Part shown: in pieces, positions 58,954-64,000 of the stretch
Layout: each line of letters begins with the position of its first letter
Numbering within the stretch: the stretch's first letter is position 1
Source of the DNA: Candidatus Latescibacterota bacterium
Lineage (GTDB): Bacteria; Krumholzibacteriota; Krumholzibacteriia; WVZY01; JAKEHA01
DNA: 64,000 nt
Assembly (NCBI GenBank): GCA_963707635.1
Contig: OY970173.1
Location: 1,824,001 to 1,888,000 of the forward strand
Direction: 5' to 3'
The notes under the pieces: generated by a model
What the model was told of the DNA's origin: nothing
The model's input: the letters and a program-made list of their open reading frames with translations, nothing else
The model's database searches: none
Program-made: the position numbers and the translations under genes

Positions 58954-60789
58954 TTAGACGGTGGCGGGCTTCTTGGCCGCCACCTTCCGCTCCTGGTCCT
59001 TGAGGATCTTCTTCCGCAGCCGGATCGACTTGGGCGTGATCTCCACCAGCTCGTCGTCCTCGATGAACTCCAGCGCGAATTCGAGCGTCATCTCGCGCGG
59101 CGGTGTGAGCTGAATCGCTTCGTCCGCCCCCGACGCCCGCATATTCGTGAGCTTCTTCTCTTTGATCGCGTTGACGACCAGGTCCGCACCCTTGCTGTTG
59201 GCCCCGATGATCATGCCTTCGTAGACCGGGTCGCCCGGGCGGATGAGAATTTCGCCGCGCTCCTCGAGGCTCCACAGGGCGTACGCCACCGCGGTGCCGG
59301 GGTGGAGCGCGATCTGGACGCCGTGGGTTCGCTTCGGCAACTCGCCTTTGTACGCCTGGTACTCGTAGAAATTCTGGTACATGACGCCGGTGCCGCGCGT
59401 CATGGTGAGGAACTCGCTGCGGAAACCGATGAGGGCGCGGGTCGCGATGATGAACTCCATCCGAATCGTGCCCACCGCGCTGTGGGACATCGATTTCATC
59501 TCGCCCTTGCGCTTGCCGAGCGCGTCGATCACGGAGCCCTCGTACCCGGGGTCCACTTCGACCACGACTTCCTCGACTGGCTCCAGGATCTCGTCTTCGA
59601 CCTGCTTCAGGATCACCCGCGGCCGCGAGACCTCCATTTCGTAGCCTTCGCGGCGCATGGTCTCGATCAGGATCGCGAGGTGGAGCTCACCCCGCCCGGA
59701 CACCTTGAAGCGCTCGCCGCCGTCGGCGTCTTCGACCCGGATCCCCACGTTGATCATCGCTTCGTGTTCGAGGCGCTCGCGGATATGCCGCGAGGTCAGA
59801 AAGCGTCCCCCGTCCTTGCCCGAGAGCGGGCTGGTGCTGTGGGAGAAGAACATCGAGATGGTGGGTTCGTCGATCTTGATCAGCGGCAGCGCCTCCGGGC
59901 GTTCGGGAGAGGCCAGGGTCTCGCCGACGTGGACGTCCTCGATCCCTGCGATGGAGACGATGTCACCGGCGAGGGCGGACTGGACCTCGTGACGCTTCAG
60001 CCCGGTGTACCGTAGAATCCGCGTCACCTTTGAGCGGACGGAGGTCCCGTCCCGTTTGATGAGGATGACGGGGTCGCCGATCTTGACCACGCCGTGATAA
60101 ATGCGCCCGCTCGCGATCCGACCCACATACGAGTCGTAGTCGAGCATGGTGACCAGCATCTGAAAGGGGTGGTCGACTTCGGCGATTGGCGGCAATACGC
60201 GGTGGACGATGGTCTCGAGGAGCGCCTTCATGTCGGTGGCGGGTTCGTCGAGATCCAGGGTGGCCCAGCCGAGCTTTCCGGACGCGTATACGATGGGGAA
60301 GTCGAGCTGCTCGTCGGTGGCATTCAACTCGCAAAACAGGTCGAAGGTCAGGTCGGCGACTTCGTGTGGGCGGCAGTGCGGCCGGTCGACCTTGTTGATG
60401 ACCACGATGGGCTTGAGGTGCAGCTCGAGCGATTTCTTGAGTACGAACTTGGTCTGTGGCATCGGGCCCTCGAACGCGTCGACCAGCAGCAGCACGCCGT
60501 CGACCATGCGCAGGATCCGCTCCACCTCGCTGCCAAAGTCGGCGTGGCCGGGGGTGTCGACGATGTTGATCGTCAGCTCCTTGTACCGGATCGAGGCGTT
60601 CTTGGAGAAAATCGTGATCCCGCGCTCCTTCTCGAGCGGGTTCGAGTCGAGGATCGTCACTTCGCCTTCCTTGAAGGCGTAGGCCCCGGTCTGCTTCAGG
60701 AGCGCGTCGACCAGGGTGGTCTTCCCGTGGTCGACGTGGGCGATGATCGCGATATTGCGGACGTCTTTGCGTCGTTTCTGATTCGGCAT
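58954..60789 (-). CDS. typA: Translational GTPase TypA/BipA
   Basis: RNIAIIAHVDHGKTT, DTPGHADF, NKVD, GRGELHL, LTNMRASGAD, ELVEITP. Confidence 0.97.
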   Translation of the reverse strand: MPNQKRRKDVRNIAIIAHVDHGKTTLVDALLKQTGAYAFKEGEVTILDSNPLEKERGITIFSKNASIRYKELTINIVDTPGHADFGSEVERILRMVDGVLLLVDAFEGPMPQTKFVLKKSLELHLKPIVVINKVDRPHCRPHEVADLTFDLFCELNATDEQLDFPIVYASGKLGWATLDLDEPATDMKALLETIVHRVLPPIAEVDHPFQMLVTMLDYDSYVGRIASGRIYHGVVKIGDPVILIKRDGTSVRSKVTRILRYTGLKRHEVQSALAGDIVSIAGIEDVHVGETLASPERPEALPLIKIDEPTISMFFSHSTSPLSGKDGGRFLTSRHIRERLEHEAMINVGIRVEDADGGERFKVSGRGELHLAILIETMRREGYEMEVSRPRVILKQVEDEILEPVEEVVVEVDPGYEGSVIDALGKRKGEMKSMSHSAVGTIRMEFIIATRALIGFRSEFLTMTRGTGVMYQNFYEYQAYKGELPKRTHGVQIALHPGTAVAYALWSLEERGEILIRPGDPVYEGMIIGANSKGADLVVNAIKEKKLTNMRASGADEAIQLTPPREMTLEFALEFIEDDELVEITPKSIRLRKKILKDQERKVAAKKPATV

Positions 60790-60826
60790 GGTCCGAGGTG
60801 GCCCGAGAGGGGTCCGATTGGATGAC

Positions 60827-60856
60827 AAAAAAGGAAGGCCGCTCGATACGGCCTTC
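60827..60856 (-). terminator. Intrinsic-terminator-like hairpin within the typA 5' leader
   Basis: Minus strand GAAGGCCG-TATCGAG-CGGCCTTC-C-TTTTTT, about 40 nt upstream of the typA ATG. Confidence 0.6.
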
Positions 60857-60882
60857 GTTGCGCACGATTGCGTAGGCATCTT

Positions 60883-60912
60883 AATATAGGCGAAACCTGC
60901 GCCGAGGCGCAA
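60883..60912 (-). promoter_or_regulatory. Candidate sigma70 promoter of typA
   Basis: Minus strand TTGCGC-N18-TATATT. Confidence 0.5.
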
Positions 60913-60917
60913 GCCCG

Positions 60918-61679
60918 ATGAGCCACCCCGAGGACCCGCAACCACCCCGCATGCGTGCTCGCATGGTCGAGACGATTCGCCGCCTGTGGGCGCGCCGCTT
61001 CTTGCGCGTGGCGGCGTGGCTCGCGCTGGTGGGGCTGACGGCGACGGTCGTGCCGGTGGTCGCCCTGCGCTGGGTTGACCCGCCGACGTCCGCGTTCATG
61101 CTCGAGCGGCGGGTCGAGGGGTTGGCGAACCCCGCCCGGCGCGTGCCCGTCGACTATCAATGGAAGGACTGGGAGGCGGTGTCGCCGAACGCGCGGCTCG
61201 CCATGGTGGCGGCCGAGGATCAGAAGTTTCTCGAGCACGAAGGGTTCGATTTCGAGTCGATCGAGAAAGCGGTGGAGTCGAACAAGCGGCGCGGGCGAAC
61301 GCGCGGGGCCAGCACGATATCGCAGCAGGTGGCGAAGAACCTCTTCCTGTGGCCGGGCAAGAACTACTTTCGCAAGGTTCTCGAAGCGGGCTACACCATT
61401 CTGATCGAAGCGTTCTGGCCGAAGCGGAGGATTCTGGAGGTCTATTTGAACATCGCGGAATTTGGCGACGGCACCTACGGCGTGGAGGCGGCGTCGCGCC
61501 GTTTCTTCCACAAGTCGTCGTCGCGGCTCACCCGCTACGAGGGGGCGTTGCTGGCGGCCGTGCTGCCCAACCCGAAACGCATGCAGGCGGACCGGCCGAC
61601 GCGCTACGTGGAGCGCCGCGCGTGGTGGATCGAGCGGCAGATGATGCGCCTTGGATATCACCACCTCGATGAACTCTGA
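60918..61679 (+). CDS. mtgA: Monofunctional biosynthetic peptidoglycan transglycosylase
   Basis: AAEDQKF..H.GFD, RGASTISQQVAKNLFL, KRRILEVYLN, LPNP; start may be 60951 or 60963. Confidence 0.93.
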   Translation: MSHPEDPQPPRMRARMVETIRRLWARRFLRVAAWLALVGLTATVVPVVALRWVDPPTSAFMLERRVEGLANPARRVPVDYQWKDWEAVSPNARLAMVAAEDQKFLEHEGFDFESIEKAVESNKRRGRTRGASTISQQVAKNLFLWPGKNYFRKVLEAGYTILIEAFWPKRRILEVYLNIAEFGDGTYGVEAASRRFFHKSSSRLTRYEGALLAAVLPNPKRMQADRPTRYVERRAWWIERQMMRLGYHHLDEL

Positions 61680-62127
61680 TCGCGGACCGCAATCCACGCC
61701 CGCCCGGGTGGCCAGGGTGCTGGCCTACGTGTGGGCGCTGCCGACCACCCTGGTCGGAGCGGGATTCGCCGCCGCAGCCGCCGCGACCGGCGGGAAAGCG
61801 GCGCTCGTCGACGGCGTGCTCGAGGCGCACGGCGGCGTGCTGGACGTGATGCTCCGGAGGCTGGTGCCGTTGCGCGGCGGGGCCAGCGCCATGGCGCTCG
61901 GGCACGTGGTGGTCGCGCGCAACGCCGGTTGCCTGGAACGAACCCGGGCGCACGAACGGGCCCACGTTCGTCAAGCGGAACGGTGGGGAGTGCTCTTCGT
62001 CCCGGCCTACTTCGTGTCGTCGCTGGTGGCCGCGGCGCGCGGCGGGCACTACTACCGCGACAATCGCTTCGAGCGCGACGCGCTGGAGAAGGCGACCGCA
62101 GCGGCTCGACGCACACTGATCGTCTGA
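61669..62127 (+). CDS. Hypothetical protein with HExxH motif
   Basis: LGHVV, HERAHVRQ.ERWG, YYRDNRFE. Confidence 0.7.
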   Translation: MNSDRGPQSTPARVARVLAYVWALPTTLVGAGFAAAAAATGGKAALVDGVLEAHGGVLDVMLRRLVPLRGGASAMALGHVVVARNAGCLERTRAHERAHVRQAERWGVLFVPAYFVSSLVAAARGGHYYRDNRFERDALEKATAAARRTLIV

Positions 62128-62139
62128 TAGAGGAATACC

Positions 62140-62480
62140 GTGACCGTCCTGATCACAGTCGCCATGCTGACCGCATCCAACGTCTTCATGACGTTTGCCT
62201 GGTACGGCCACTTGCGAAACATGAGCGGCCGGCCCTGGTTCATCGCCGCGACCGTCAGCTGGGGAATCGCGTTTTTTGAGTATTTGCTCCAGGTGCCCGC
62301 CAATCGTGTCGGCTTTCGCACACTGGCCTCGCCCAGCTCAAGATCGTCCAGGAAGTGGTGACATTGTCGGTGTTCGTGCCGTTCGCCGTGTTCTACATCA
62401 AGGAGCGTCCCCGGCTCGACTTCCTCTGGGCGGGGCTGTGCCTGATCGCCGCGGTCTACTTCATGTTTCGCCGTCCGTAG
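62140..62480 (+). pseudogene. DMT-family small membrane protein, one base missing near 62326 (pseudogene or sequencing indel)
   Basis: SNVFMTFAWYGHL...FEYLLQVPANR in one frame continues as LAQLKIVQEVVTLSVF...VYFMFRRP* in the -1 frame. Confidence 0.82.
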
Positions 62481-62613
62481 CTGCATTGCCACAGCGGACT
62501 TTTGCTTTGACCCTGGTCCGCGCGGGACGCTACCATTAGGTGTTCGGGGCTGCCGACCCGGTTGCCAGGGGCACACCCGGGGCAGCGCGGGCGTGTCCCC
62601 CGCGCGGAAGTCG

Positions 62614-64000
62614 ATGATCCCTCGCTTGTTTCACCAGTGGCGACGGACGCGGATAGGGCCGGCCGTGTGCCTGATTTTCCTCCTCGGACCGGGGGTGGGG
62701 GGCCTCGCCTTTGCGCCCGGACCCGCGGCCGCGGACACCTACCAGGGTCTGCACCCACGGCTCTTGTTCTCCAATGACGACCTCCCGGACCTGCGCGCGA
62801 AGGTGCGCGACGGCGGCGTCGACGACGACTGCTACGCGTACATCCGCGATCGGCTCCACACCTACTACCTGACCGAACCCTACGATTCGCTCCTGCGCAA
62901 CGACTTCGCGCTCGAGGCCATGCTGAACATCGGGCTCGCGGCTCATCTCGAGGACCCGGTCGATCCGGTCGCGCTGGCGCTCGGGATTGACCTCACCCAG
63001 CACATCGCCCGCACCTGGAACGTCGACACGGATGCGTACGCGTCCTCGCTGCGACTGCGGGCGCTGGCGCTCGGATACGACATGTGCTTTCAGCCTGCCA
63101 GCGAGGCGGAGCGGCAGGAAATTCGCGACGAGATCGCGAGCTACATTTCCTACCTGACCACGAGCATGAACTACGACATCTGGCGCTGGAGCCCGTATGT
63201 GAGCAACAAGACGGCGATGGTGGCCGCCGCGCTGGGGCTGGCGTCCATCGTGCTCGACGGCGAGGCGAACCCGGCGCTCACCAGCGCGGGACTGGCCCGC
63301 GCGGACGTGTTTTACACCGCGTGGCGCGACGCCCACCTCGCGGGCGACGGGGCGTATCGCGAAGGCAGCCTGTACGCGGCGTGGAGCATGCGCAACCTCA
63401 TCTACTATTTCGAGGCCCGGAAGCGTTTCGACGGGTACAACTACGCGTTCGACAGTCCCATTCGCGCGATCGAGCAGTGGTTTCCCTACGAGCTGGACCC
63501 TCGCGGCGGCGCGCGGCTCAACAATATCCAGGATCAGAGCGATTCTCCGCTGCCGCTCGCGCGCCACACCACCTACTGGGACTGGGCGATGTCGGAGTGG
63601 GGAAGCGGAATCGCCGCGTACGTGTGGGAGCACGCGGCCGGCACCTACGGCTACGACATGCTCGACGAGGCGGACAAGGCGGCGACCGTGCTCTGGCACC
63701 GCGAGATCCCGCCGACGAACCCGGGAACACTCCTGCCGCCGAGCAGGGTGTGGGAGGCTCGCGGTCTCTACTATTTCCGCACCGGCTGGCCGGGTGGGGC
63801 GGCGTCCGACGACGTCGCGTTCAGTTTCTACTCGGGCGAATTCCGCGGCGGGCACGCCCAGGAGGATCAGAACCAGTTCACCCTTGCCGCGTACGGCGAG
63901 AAGCTGGTGGTCGACCACGGCGCCGGCGCCACCGCGAAACAGTCCGAAGCCCACAACCTGGTACGCATCGACGGGATGGGGCAACACAACGCCGGCGCGT
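62614..64000 (+). CDS. Exported heparinase II/III-like polysaccharide lyase (3'-truncated by window edge; not in ORF track)
   Basis: Manual translation: signal-like N-terminus, HPRLLF, EGSLY, FRTGW, GHAQEDQNQFTL...G..LVVDHG, AHNLVRIDGMGQ. Confidence 0.75.
   Translation, partial: MIPRLFHQWRRTRIGPAVCLIFLLGPGVGGLAFAPGPAAADTYQGLHPRLLFSNDDLPDLRAKVRDGGVDDDCYAYIRDRLHTYYLTEPYDSLLRNDFALEAMLNIGLAAHLEDPVDPVALALGIDLTQHIARTWNVDTDAYASSLRLRALALGYDMCFQPASEAERQEIRDEIASYISYLTTSMNYDIWRWSPYVSNKTAMVAAALGLASIVLDGEANPALTSAGLARADVFYTAWRDAHLAGDGAYREGSLYAAWSMRNLIYYFEARKRFDGYNYAFDSPIRAIEQWFPYELDPRGGARLNNIQDQSDSPLPLARHTTYWDWAMSEWGSGIAAYVWEHAAGTYGYDMLDEADKAATVLWHREIPPTNPGTLLPPSRVWEARGLYYFRTGWPGGAASDDVAFSFYSGEFRGGHAQEDQNQFTLAAYGEKLVVDHGAGATAKQSEAHNLVRIDGMGQHNAGA

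Overview
High-GC bacterial chromosomal window, densely coding (about 64 CDS, mostly + strand). I saw no rRNA, tRNA, CRISPR array, transposase or integrase. A secreted hydrolase with a C-terminal FlgD-Ig/T9SS-CTD-like domain tentatively suggests an FCB-group lineage such as Krumholzibacteriota or Eisenbacteria (inference only). Content in order: a phospholipid mini-operon (PlsC-like acyltransferase, Tam41-like nucleotidyltransferase, CDP-alcohol phosphatidyltransferase); M1 aminopeptidase; ferredoxin-NADP reductase; amidase; a MacAB/YknXYZ-type ABC exporter; cydAB; a split SOS mutagenesis cassette (lexA-imuA-tfoX-imuB ... dnaE2) interrupted by an opposite-strand block (rhlE-like helicase, MarR, arsM, a tiny Cys/Gly peptide, FkbM methyltransferase); many exported peptidases and hydrolases; a methyltransferase/GNAT/sulfotransferase cluster; typA; mtgA; and a truncated heparinase II/III-like gene. 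Top observations: (1) a candidate non-canonical SOS box, AGACA-WW-TGTCT, in the -35/-10 spacer of both the lexA and dnaE2 promoters; (2) a MarR-arsM unit with a repeated GTTG-N7-CAAC operator and an unannotated 20-aa peptide, MKINSCGCGCGGGCGCGGGD, behind a perfect Shine-Dalgarno; (3) a bacterial Tam41-like CDP-DAG synthase translationally coupled within a complete lipid pathway; (4) a terminator-like hairpin in the typA leader. All calls come from motif reading by eye; no database searches were run.
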